Shown one piece after another: positions 34,704 to 43,138 of a stretch of DNA of 64,000 nucleotides (position 1 is the stretch's first letter; every line of letters begins with the position of its first letter). Source of the stretch: Micrococcales bacterium (GTDB taxonomy: Bacteria; Actinomycetota; Actinomycetes; Actinomycetales; JBBAYJ01). The translations under genes were made by a program, and so were the position numbers. The stretch spans positions 4,108 through 68,107 of the forward strand of contig JANNOG010000111.1 in the NCBI GenBank assembly GCA_031398915.1, read 5' to 3'. Below the pieces are notes generated by a model that did no database searches, had not been told where the DNA came from, and saw only the letters and a program-made list of their open reading frames with translations.

Positions 34704-36002
34704 GTGGAGGCTGCGGAAAGGACGGCTGCCGGCTGGAGCGTGGAAGTCGAACGGGCGGTGAGCCAGGCCCACCGTGAACAGTGGACGTCGGTACTGGCCT
34801 CGACCGTGCGCATCGCGGGCGATCTGGACCTGGCTGAGGACTGTGTTCAGGATGCCTACCTCTCGGCCCTACGGGCGTGGGCCGACACCGGAATCCCGAA
34901 CAATCCTGCGGGCTGGTTGATCACGACCGCCCGCAGGAAGGCACTGGACACGCATCGGCGCACCCAGATCCTCACCGGGAAACTGCCATTGCTGATCGAA
35001 CCCGGTGGGTCGGACCCCGGACTGTTCGATCCGATCGACTCATTGGGCGCCGGCGACCTAGTCGATGATCAGTTACGGCTGATATTCACGTGCTGCCACC
35101 CCGCGCTGGATCGTCAAGCCCAGACCGCCCTGACGCTACGGACGGTCTGCGGAATGGCGACGGCCGACGTGGCGCGCTCGTTCCTGGTCTCCGACACGAC
35201 CATGGCCGCCCGCCTGACACGGGCGAAGAAGAAGATCGCGACAGCGCGCATTCCGTACCGGGTCCCTGACGCCGCCGAGTTGCCGGATCGCCTCGACGCC
35301 GTCCTGACGGTCCTGCACCTGCTCTTCTCCGCCGCACACGAGGCTCACCTGACCGACCCGGGACTGGCCGACGACCTGGCGGCACGATCGCTGCGCCTGG
35401 CTCGCGTCCTCGTCGAGTTGATGCCCGACGAGACCGAGGCCAGAGGGTTGCTGGCACTGCTGCTGCTGTCGCACGCGCGGCGGGACGCGCGAGTGGCGGA
35501 CGGCGAACTGGTGCTGTTGGCCGACCAGGATCGATCACGGTGGGATGCCCGGCTGATCAGCGAGGGCCTGGCCCTGCTGCCATCCGCCCTGCGGGGTCCG
35601 GGCCCGGGGCGATTCGCCCTGCAGGCTGCCATCGCCGCGCTCCATTGTGAGGCCCGGCACGCATCCGATACGGACTGGGTTCAGATCCTGCAGTTGTACG
35701 ACGAACTCCTGGGCGTGTGGCCCAGCCATGTCGTGGCACTCAACCGAGCGGCTGCCGCGGCCGAAGTACACGGGCCGTCCGTCGCGTTGCGAATGGTCGA
35801 GGAGTTGGCCGGCGAACCACGAATGCGCGGTTACCGGTATCTGCACTCCACCCGCGCCGAGCTACTCCGCCGACTCGACCGGGCACCCGAGGCAGTCGAC
35901 GCCTACACCGATGCCATCGGATTGAGCGACCCGGGTCCGGAGCGCGATTTCCTCGTCAGGAAACGCGTGGAAGCCGAGGGCCTCTCACTACGGAATTCGT
36001 AG
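34704..36002 (+). CDS. ECF sigma factor with a long C-terminal TPR-like extension (ECF42-type)
   Basis: Sigma-2 region (EDCVQDAYLSALRAW...AGWLITTARRKALD), sigma-4 region (TLRTVCGMATADVARSFLVSDTTMAARLTRAKKKI), and about 200 aa of C-terminal extension. It starts 3 nt after the DGPF gene. Confidence 0.9.
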   Translation: MEAAERTAAGWSVEVERAVSQAHREQWTSVLASTVRIAGDLDLAEDCVQDAYLSALRAWADTGIPNNPAGWLITTARRKALDTHRRTQILTGKLPLLIEPGGSDPGLFDPIDSLGAGDLVDDQLRLIFTCCHPALDRQAQTALTLRTVCGMATADVARSFLVSDTTMAARLTRAKKKIATARIPYRVPDAAELPDRLDAVLTVLHLLFSAAHEAHLTDPGLADDLAARSLRLARVLVELMPDETEARGLLALLLLSHARRDARVADGELVLLADQDRSRWDARLISEGLALLPSALRGPGPGRFALQAAIAALHCEARHASDTDWVQILQLYDELLGVWPSHVVALNRAAAAAEVHGPSVALRMVEELAGEPRMRGYRYLHSTRAELLRRLDRAPEAVDAYTDAIGLSDPGPERDFLVRKRVEAEGLSLRNS

Positions 36003-36575
36003 ACCCTCCAGCATTCGATCGAACGCCGCCCAGGCATCATCGAGGTCACTCGGTCGCGACGACTCGGCGAGCCACAGAGCCGCCTCGTTCATTGCACCCG
36101 ACAGCAACCGGCCGAGGGGTGTCACCGGCTGCTGGTCGATGGTCCCCTCGGCAACGAGGCTGATGAGCGCCTCCTCGAGGTGACGACCGGACGCCGCCTC
36201 GTCCAACGCCCGCCACTGTGCCCAGCCCAGGACAGCGGGTCCGTCGATCAGCATGATCTGCCGGACATCCGGGTGCGTACTGGCGACCAGGAAGGCTCGG
36301 CATCCGGTACGCAACTGGTCCCAGTGATCGGCCTCCGGCTCCGCGACGGCGGCCGCCGCGACAGCATCGCCGACTTCGGCCTGTACCTGAGCGAGGACCA
36401 CTCCGAACAGATCGGCCTTACTGGTGAAGTGGTGGTACAGCGCACCCTTCGTGACTCCGGTGGCACTCGCGATCTGATCGAGTCCGACGCCGCCGTAGCC
36501 CAGTGTCGCGAACAGGCGCCTCGCCTCGCGCAGCAGCGCTCGCCGGGTCTGTTCGCGCTGTTCGATCCGGGTCAT
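35988..36575 (-). CDS. TetR-family transcriptional regulator
   Basis: N-terminal HTH RRALLREARRLFATLGYGGVGLDQIASATGVTKGALYHHFTSK. Divergent from the VOC-MFS genes. Confidence 0.9.
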   Translation of the reverse strand: MTRIEQREQTRRALLREARRLFATLGYGGVGLDQIASATGVTKGALYHHFTSKADLFGVVLAQVQAEVGDAVAAAAVAEPEADHWDQLRTGCRAFLVASTHPDVRQIMLIDGPAVLGWAQWRALDEAASGRHLEEALISLVAEGTIDQQPVTPLGRLLSGAMNEAALWLAESSRPSDLDDAWAAFDRMLEGLRIP

Positions 36576-36594
36576 GGTCGTCCCTCCTCCACTG

Positions 36595-36623
36595 TTGACA
36601 TACTGAGAGTACGCCAGTACTTT
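36595..36623 (+). promoter_or_regulatory. Sigma-70-like promoter TTGACA-17 nt-TACTTT upstream of the VOC gene
   Basis: Read directly: TTGACA at 36595..36600 and TACTTT at 36618..36623. GAAGGAGA Shine-Dalgarno sequence at about 36643 and ATG at 36656. Short palindromes (TACTGAGAGTA, CATACTG...CAGTATG) overlap it and are TetR operator candidates. Confidence 0.5.
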
Positions 36624-36655
36624 TCACATACCGACAGTATGCGAAGGAGAAATCC

Positions 36656-37072
36656 ATGGTTGTGACGAGCTTCTACCCGGTCATCTGTACGTCCCTGATC
36701 GAGCAATCGACGACCTTCTACACCACGTTCTTCGGCTTCGAGATCACATTCGAGGCCGACTGGTACGTCAGCTTGCGCCGCGACGGTCAGAAGCCCTACG
36801 AACTCGCCCTGGTCGATTTCCACCACCCGACCGTGCCGCATGCGTATCGGCAGCCGGCACGAGGCATCATCCTCAACTTCGAGGTCGAAGACGTCGACGC
36901 GGAATGGCAGCGTCTCGTCGTCGAGGGCGACATGACCCCTCAACTGGATATTCGCAGTGAAGCCTTCGGGCAGCGTCACTTCATCGTGACCGATCCCAAC
37001 GACGTGCTGATCGACGTCATCACGCCTATCGAGCCTTCGGCCGAGTACGCGGGGCAGTTCACCCAGGCGTGA
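36656..37072 (+). CDS. VOC (glyoxalase/bleomycin-resistance) family protein
   Basis: 138 aa with [20 protein letters not shown] and [18 protein letters not shown], a typical beta-alpha-beta-beta-beta module. Confidence 0.8.
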   Translation: MVVTSFYPVICTSLIEQSTTFYTTFFGFEITFEADWYVSLRRDGQKPYELALVDFHHPTVPHAYRQPARGIILNFEVEDVDAEWQRLVVEGDMTPQLDIRSEAFGQRHFIVTDPNDVLIDVITPIEPSAEYAGQFTQA

Positions 37073-37111
37073 GGCCCGGGGACGTCGGTCGCGTCGACGC
37101 GCTGACCTCTG

Positions 37112-38359
37112 GTGCGGGTCGTAGATCGCAGTGTCACAGCGTCCACCGGCGGACATGATGGCTCGGTGACGCAGCCGTGGGTACGAGCTGCGGTGGCGAT
37201 GTTCGGCGTCGCCTGGGGCGCCAACCAGTTCGCGTCGCTGCTGTTGGCCTACCGCCAAGAGCAGGGCATGCCGGCAACGGCAGCGACGGGACTGTTCGGG
37301 TTCTATGCCCTCGGCCTGATTCCGGCACTACTGCTGGGCGGGCCGTTCTCGGACCGGATCGGCCGGCGCATCATGGCGAGGACGGCGGTCGTCACGTCCG
37401 TTCTGGCTACCATCGTGCTGGCCGCCGGGGTCGAGGCCGAGGGCTGGCTGTTCGTCGGCAGGTTCTTGGCAGGAGTCGCCTCGGGGCTGATCTTCGCCCC
37501 CGGCACCGCATGGGTGAAGGAGTTGTCGGGGGCGCCGTTCGACCCCACGGGTGAGCCCGACCGAGGAGCCCGGCGCGCCGCGATCTCGCTGTCGGCCGGG
37601 TTCTCGCTCGGACCTCTCGTGGCTGGTGGGATCGCGCAGTGGGCGCCGGCGCCCCTGGTTCTCGCCTATGTCCCCCATCTGGTCATCATCACGGTGGCGG
37701 GCATGTTGGCGTGGCGAGTGCCCGAGACCGTCACCCGCTCGACCGCGAAGGTGTCGGTGTCGAGGCGTCTACTCGTGCGTTCGGCCAGTTCGCCGCGCTT
37801 CCTCGGCGTCGTGTCGCCCGTGGCGCCGTGGGTGTTCGCCGCGCCGGCCATCTCGATCACGATCGGGCCCGCTCTCGTGGCAGCCGAAACCGGCTCGTTC
37901 TCGATCGCCTTTGCCGGTGTCGTCGCCGGATTGACCCTGGGCACAGGTGTGTTCGTGCAGCCGCTCGCCCATCGGCTGGATGTGGTCGACGACGTCCGGG
38001 CACTGGTTGCGGGGTTGGCCGCCGTGGTGCTCGGCTGTCTGGTGGAAGCGCTGACCGCCATCACAGGACAACCCGTCCTCGCCGTCGTCGCCGCCGTCCT
38101 CACGGGGTCGGGGTACGGGTTGTGCCTGGTCGGGGGCCTGCTGGAGACCCAACGGATTGCCGGCCCGGCCGAACTGGCCGCCCTGACCGGTCGCTATTAC
38201 GCCCTGACATACGTCGGGTTCGCGGCCCCGGTCATCCTGACCGCGCTCACCATCGTCGCCGGATATCCCATTCTGCTGCTGGGGACGGCGACGCTCGCAC
38301 TGCTGACCATGGCCTTCGTCGTTCGCAACAGCCGTCGTCGCGACAACGCGACCGATTGA
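37112..38359 (+). CDS. MFS transporter (12-TMS type)
   Basis: About 415 aa, hydrophobic throughout, with a GGPFSDRIGRR motif-A-like loop. The exact start is uncertain. Confidence 0.85.
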   Translation: MRVVDRSVTASTGGHDGSVTQPWVRAAVAMFGVAWGANQFASLLLAYRQEQGMPATAATGLFGFYALGLIPALLLGGPFSDRIGRRIMARTAVVTSVLATIVLAAGVEAEGWLFVGRFLAGVASGLIFAPGTAWVKELSGAPFDPTGEPDRGARRAAISLSAGFSLGPLVAGGIAQWAPAPLVLAYVPHLVIITVAGMLAWRVPETVTRSTAKVSVSRRLLVRSASSPRFLGVVSPVAPWVFAAPAISITIGPALVAAETGSFSIAFAGVVAGLTLGTGVFVQPLAHRLDVVDDVRALVAGLAAVVLGCLVEALTAITGQPVLAVVAAVLTGSGYGLCLVGGLLETQRIAGPAELAALTGRYYALTYVGFAAPVILTALTIVAGYPILLLGTATLALLTMAFVVRNSRRRDNATD

Positions 38360-38463
38360 CAGGTCCGATCCCCTCGCGCACCGCACAACGGCCTTCCGGC
38401 CGCTATGTCGCATTCGGCGTGTCGAGGCAGGACCGACCGGGTGGTCCGGGAAGGCTGCCTGGC

Positions 38464-39327
38464 GTGACCACCCCACCCCGTTCGGCGAACCCTGGCGATC
38501 GCCGCCGAGACTGGGACCAATTCTCCAAGACGGCGGTCCGCGCCGGCATCGCAGGGGTTCTGGCCCAGGCTGGGATCGAGGTATCCGCCGATGCACTGGT
38601 TCTGGAGTCCGTAGACCTCCCCGCTGGGACCCACCGTGCCGACCTGTTGTTCAGTGGACCCGACGGGGTCGTGGTGCATATCGAGATTCAACAGCGTCCG
38701 GACCCCTTCATGGGCGTGAGAATGCTGGAGTACGCCGTGAGGATCGTCCGCAGTCCCCAACTCACAGGGCGGGTCCGCGAGATTCATCAGGTCGTCATCC
38801 AGCTCAGCGGCGTACCCATGCCGACACGGCACGATTTCGGTGCGGCCGTCGGGCACTTCCACCTGGTGCATACCCCGACGACCCCGTTGTCGGTGTTGCT
38901 GCAGACGCCGGCCCTCGCGCCGTTCGGCTTGACCAGTGGTGACCCGGCCGCTGTCGGCCCGGTCATCGACCGCATCGCCGCAGTGTCGAACGCCGACCTG
39001 CGAGCGTCGCTGGCCACGTTGGCGCTCTTCCTGGCACCCGGCTTGCGCGTTACCCTGATGGAGCGGATGAGGAGGACTGCCTTGATCGATACCCGTGACG
39101 ACATGTTGGCCGAGGTGCGCGGCACGTGGCTCGGCCATGACCTCATCACCGAGGGCCTCAGCCAGGGCCTCAGCCAGGGCCAACTGATCGCTATCGTCGA
39201 TGTCCTGACGGCGCGTTTCCCCGACGCCGACCCGATGCGCATCCACCGCACGGCCACCCGGCTCCTGGCCCTCGACGATGATCACCCGGTCCGCCTCGCC
39301 CTGGCTCTCGACGCCCTCGACAGCTGA
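38464..39327 (+). CDS. Rpn-family recombination-promoting nuclease / putative transposase (PD-(D/E)xK) with a DUF4351-like tail
   Basis: HRADLLFSGPDGVVVHIEIQQRPDPFMGVRMLEYAVRI matches the Rpn/YhgA core (D..., E.Q, R..Y). The upstream 275 codons of the listed ORF overlap the MFS gene and are Arg/Gly/Pro-rich. The GTG at 38464 is my choice of start. Confidence 0.65.
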   Translation: MTTPPRSANPGDRRRDWDQFSKTAVRAGIAGVLAQAGIEVSADALVLESVDLPAGTHRADLLFSGPDGVVVHIEIQQRPDPFMGVRMLEYAVRIVRSPQLTGRVREIHQVVIQLSGVPMPTRHDFGAAVGHFHLVHTPTTPLSVLLQTPALAPFGLTSGDPAAVGPVIDRIAAVSNADLRASLATLALFLAPGLRVTLMERMRRTALIDTRDDMLAEVRGTWLGHDLITEGLSQGLSQGQLIAIVDVLTARFPDADPMRIHRTATRLLALDDDHPVRLALALDALDS

Positions 39328-39362
39328 GACCACAGGAGCAATCCGCTGCGTCGCAGACAGGA

Positions 39363-40019
39363 TCAGCTGGTGACACCCGCTCCGAACCAGTCGCGACATC
39401 CGTCGAGGCCCTCGACCACGACCTCGGACCCCCGAATCGGCCAATCCGCCCGGTCCATCCGGAACCGTCGCTCCACAACACGTTCGCCACGTCGGGCAAC
39501 GACATTGACGCCATCCTCGCGGTAACCCACCTTGGCCGAGACCCGGAGACTGGCCGGGTTATCGATATAGGCGCCGCTTGTCGCTGACAGCGCATTCACA
39601 TGCTCGAAGGCAAATGCAAGAACCGCTATTCTCATCGCTGTACCGATACCACGACCGTGGTGGCGCAGAGAAAGCCAGGAGGCGGTCCGCACCTCGCGGG
39701 TTACCGCGAAATCGTCGGCCGCCAAGTCCTGGCAACCGACGACGATGCCTTCGTATCGGACCGCGAAAAGCAGGCACCAACTGGACGAAGTCCACTCGGC
39801 ACGCCGCTTCCAGTTGTAGAGGACGACACGTTCGGCGCGTTCCTGTGGGGTGCCGTCCGCCCATTGTCCAGAGAAAGGGTCGGGCCCGGTATAGATCCGC
39901 TCGGCTGCTCCTGCCAGTTCGGCCAGGGCCGATTCGTCCGGGACCTCCAGCTGCAGATGCTCGCCGAGGCGTACCCGGAGGTTCGCGAGCGGCCAAACGT
40001 CACTCAGGGACATGGCCAT
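39363..40019 (-). CDS. GNAT-family N-acetyltransferase
   Basis: LSLRHHGRGIGTAMRIAVLAFAFEH (motif A, R/Q-x-x-G-x-G/A) and NPASLRVSAKVGYRE (motif B). I chose the ATG at 40019. Confidence 0.8.
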   Translation of the reverse strand: MAMSLSDVWPLANLRVRLGEHLQLEVPDESALAELAGAAERIYTGPDPFSGQWADGTPQERAERVVLYNWKRRAEWTSSSWCLLFAVRYEGIVVGCQDLAADDFAVTREVRTASWLSLRHHGRGIGTAMRIAVLAFAFEHVNALSATSGAYIDNPASLRVSAKVGYREDGVNVVARRGERVVERRFRMDRADWPIRGSEVVVEGLDGCRDWFGAGVTS

Positions 40020-40137
40020 ATCCTGTCGCGCCGGAGCGGGGCACGCATTACCTTTTATCTCGGAGGTGCGGAGATTCAGGACGACCTGGTAGAACTTTTG
40101 TCCCTCCAGCAGAGGACGACATCGGATTCTACGTCCG

Positions 40138-40734
40138 TCAAGGGTCGAGGGTTCGTCGTTGTGGGTAGACGGTCTCGCCCTTCGCCAGCGCATCGACGAA
40201 TTGCTCGATGCGCCGAGCGCGCGTCTCTGCTCGCTTGACGGTCGTGATGCGGTGTAGCACGGCATAGCGGTTCTGACTGCTCAAGATGTCGAACATGGCC
40301 TGGGCAGCGGGCTTCGCGTCCAGTGCCACCTGCAGGTCGGGTGGTACGCCGATGGTGGCCGACCCCTCATAGGCGACCGCCCATCGTCCGTCGGCCTGGG
40401 CGCGCTCCACCTCGGCGATTCCGCCGGGCTGCATCCGGCCCGCCGTGATCAGCCGCCGGATGATTCCCACATTGCGTTGCGACCACGGACTGCGAGCGCG
40501 CCTGGGGGTGAAGCGTCGTATGTGACTGACCTCGTCACGAGCCCGCGCCTGCCCGTCGATCCAACCGAAACAGAGCGCCTCGTCGAGGGCGTCGTCGTAG
40601 GTCAGGGACGTGGGCGCAACACGATCCTTCTTGGCAAGCACCAGCCACACGCCGATGGAGTCGCCACCGTGCGCCAGGAGCCATCCTCGCCACGCGACGG
40701 CATCGGAGACGATCAGTTCTCCGGCATCGGTCAC
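40138..40734 (-). CDS. YdeI/OmpD-associated family protein (DUF1801-like)
   Basis: WRGWLLAHGGDSIGVWLVLAKK...LTYDDALDEALCFGWIDG...RRFTPRRARSPWSQRN is typical of this family. I chose the GTG at 40734 so the gene does not overlap the peptidase gene. Confidence 0.7.
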   Translation of the reverse strand: MTDAGELIVSDAVAWRGWLLAHGGDSIGVWLVLAKKDRVAPTSLTYDDALDEALCFGWIDGQARARDEVSHIRRFTPRRARSPWSQRNVGIIRRLITAGRMQPGGIAEVERAQADGRWAVAYEGSATIGVPPDLQVALDAKPAAQAMFDILSSQNRYAVLHRITTVKRAETRARRIEQFVDALAKGETVYPQRRTLDP

Positions 40735-40790
40735 AACGCCATTGTTTCCCAAACCCGGCGGTCCCGTCAGCGCCCGGCCGCGGCCCGTGG

Positions 40791-42833
40791 TCACAGCACC
40801 AGATCGGCCGCCACACCGAAGTCGGCGACGATGCCGCTCAGCCGTGGCCCGTTGGTCCGAGCAACAGGTCCCAAGCCATATCGGGCGAAGACCTGCCATG
40901 CGTCGGCGACGAACGTAGCCGTCCGCTCGGACTCGTCCCCCCGAGCGGTGCTGAACTGAGCTGCCGCCATGAGGATCGCGTCGCGCGCTGCGAGCAGGCT
41001 CGGGTTCGCGCCGGTGAGCTTCAGGGCGTCCACGACGATCTGCAGGAACTCCCAGACCCCCAGCCTTCGACCCAGCGACATCAGTACAGCGCACCACAGC
41101 TCGCCGATGTCGTGGACCTGCGAGTACGCCGGCGTCCCGAGGTCGGCGTACGTGCCGGGAAAGGCCTCGTCATAGGGGTTTCGGCGGATGCCACCCGGTT
41201 GTCTCACCACCCAGTCGCCGACCACGGTCTTGCCCAGGAACGTGCAGGCGACGTAGTCGCTCCAGCCCTCACCCATGCCGCCGGACCGCTCGGCGTCCAG
41301 CGCAGTGTCGTTCATCGGCCCACCCACCAGCCGATTGGTCAGCCCATGAACGTATTCGTGATAAACGACGTCAGCGTCAAGTGCGGTGTGACGACCGGTT
41401 GACGTGACCAACCCCATGTTCATCACCGGGGCAAAGCCGTCTACCGGCGTGGCCATATTGGCGGTCCCATTCACAGCTCCCGGATGAACCCTGGCGATAA
41501 CTGCGTCGGCGGGGCGACCACCGCGGGCCATCGAGTCACGCTGGAAGTTTCCGTCGGCCTCGCGAAAGCCCAACAGATAGAGCGCGTCGTGCATCGCCGA
41601 GCAGAACGCGAACACGTTGACGACCAGCTGCTCGACATCGTCGACATCGGTGGGAGCAGTGAATGTGACCTCGTCGCCCTGCCGTGTCCCGGACACCGTC
41701 GTATTCCCAGCTGATGCGTCGACTGCCCGGACACTCGAGCCCGACGTCGTTGCGTCGACGAGCCAACTGTCCGGCCAGCCTGCGGGCAACCCGGACGGTA
41801 TGGGCGGCCCGTACGACGACGGGGGCAACGGGAAGTCGACGGCCGATCGCGGCCCACCGCTGCGCAGGATGACCTGGGCGTGACCCACGATCATTCGGGT
41901 CAATCGCCGGCACAACAGGATGTCGCCATCCTCGGCGTCGACGATGACGCGGTACTCGGAGTCGCCCGGCAGCTGGGCACGCAGGTGCCAAGCCAGCCTC
42001 AGGCTGGCGCCCAGCGGAAACCAGATGAGGCTCACGGTGACCGGCTGTGTCAGCGGTGGCGCGTCGAATACGGTCGCCAGATCGGGCCCGCCAATAGGGG
42101 CGGCCAATACACGAGGGGCAAACCCGTCGAGGTCGATCGTCGCCTCGGCCAGGGGTTCGCCGAATGGGTCGTGCGACGGGTCAGGGTCACGGGAACCCAC
42201 TCCGAGGTCACCGGCCGGATCGGACGTCGCTGCCGGAGCAGCCAGGTATCCGACGGCGGCCGTCAACGCGTCAGCAGCGCCCAGCCGAGGATCGATCGTC
42301 GAGTCCACCGCTGGGTAGCTGCGCCCGGCGACCTCGAGCAGGCGGCCAGCCGCATCGAAGCGCACCGTCTCGGTAGCGTCGTAGATCGTCACGCCCTGCA
42401 GCTGCTGGCGGACATGCACAGCGACCCCGCCCGAGGAGGTCAGCTGATATCCGGGATCCGCAACGAACTCCGGCGGTTGGGTGGGCTCCAGACCGAGTAT
42501 CCGGGCCATTGCATGCAGGTGACGGAGGGCGCGGGCCACGAAGTCGCCCTCGATGGCCGGGGCGCCCTGCGACACGACAACCGCCGCACCGCCGGATTCG
42601 GGATCGACACTGACCACCTGCACCTCGTGGTCGCCCGGAAGGGCACGCGACGCCGCCTCGGCGTATCCGGCCAGTTCGTCGCGACGCCGCCGCACGAGAG
42701 TGTCGTTCGCTGGGCCCGCCAGGGGAGGTATCTCGATGTCGTCGCGGGCGTCGATCTCCTGAGCCATAGAGCTTTCATAGTGGCCCGACGCAGATAAACC
42801 TAGACGGGTGGCTACCCGCGATGCTGTGGTCAT
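40791..42833 (-). CDS. M36 (fungalysin-type) zinc metallopeptidase with an FTP-like propeptide
   Basis: VVYHEYVHGLTNRLVGG (HExxH) and GMGEGWSDY (the downstream Glu ligand region), at a size of about 680 aa. No obvious signal peptide. An alternative ATG lies at 42767. Confidence 0.85.
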   Translation of the reverse strand: MTTASRVATRLGLSASGHYESSMAQEIDARDDIEIPPLAGPANDTLVRRRRDELAGYAEAASRALPGDHEVQVVSVDPESGGAAVVVSQGAPAIEGDFVARALRHLHAMARILGLEPTQPPEFVADPGYQLTSSGGVAVHVRQQLQGVTIYDATETVRFDAAGRLLEVAGRSYPAVDSTIDPRLGAADALTAAVGYLAAPAATSDPAGDLGVGSRDPDPSHDPFGEPLAEATIDLDGFAPRVLAAPIGGPDLATVFDAPPLTQPVTVSLIWFPLGASLRLAWHLRAQLPGDSEYRVIVDAEDGDILLCRRLTRMIVGHAQVILRSGGPRSAVDFPLPPSSYGPPIPSGLPAGWPDSWLVDATTSGSSVRAVDASAGNTTVSGTRQGDEVTFTAPTDVDDVEQLVVNVFAFCSAMHDALYLLGFREADGNFQRDSMARGGRPADAVIARVHPGAVNGTANMATPVDGFAPVMNMGLVTSTGRHTALDADVVYHEYVHGLTNRLVGGPMNDTALDAERSGGMGEGWSDYVACTFLGKTVVGDWVVRQPGGIRRNPYDEAFPGTYADLGTPAYSQVHDIGELWCAVLMSLGRRLGVWEFLQIVVDALKLTGANPSLLAARDAILMAAAQFSTARGDESERTATFVADAWQVFARYGLGPVARTNGPRLSGIVADFGVAADLVL

Positions 42834-43058
42834 GGCGTCACTGCGAGTCGCCGCGGTCTGGCACGGACTGACGGCCGGAGTGGCCGGCTTCGCTCCGGTC
42901 GCTCAGCTGATCCTCGTCGCCAGTGGCGCGGCCGTCCTGGTGGAGCCCGAGCTCGCACCCTCCCTGAGCACATGGCAGTGCCGCCATTTGCCGTCCTCGG
43001 CTGGCTGATCTGGGGGCCGAGGCCTCGCGTGACAGCGTCTGTCGTCAGCTGAGCGCTG

Positions 43059-43102
43059 GGCAACGGCAACGGCAACGGCAACGGCCACGGCCACGGCCAC
43101 GG
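43059..43102. repeat. Hexanucleotide microsatellite (GGCAAC)4(GGCCAC)3
   Basis: Read directly in the 305-bp intergenic region between the oxidoreductase stop (43139) and the peptidase start (42833). Confidence 0.9.
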
Positions 43103-43138
43103 GTGTGGTGTGGCAGGTGGATCACCGCCTGTCGGACG

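Noticed and set aside
37639-38463. N-terminal 275 codons of the listed 562-aa ORF containing the Rpn nuclease
   Set aside because: This part overlaps the MFS transporter gene in another frame and is Arg/Gly/Pro-rich. Homology-like sequence begins only near 38500.
42903-43100. Minus-strand ORF starting MAVAVAVAVAVAVA
   Set aside because: The (AV)n run is simply the translation of the hexanucleotide microsatellite. The remainder has no coding character.
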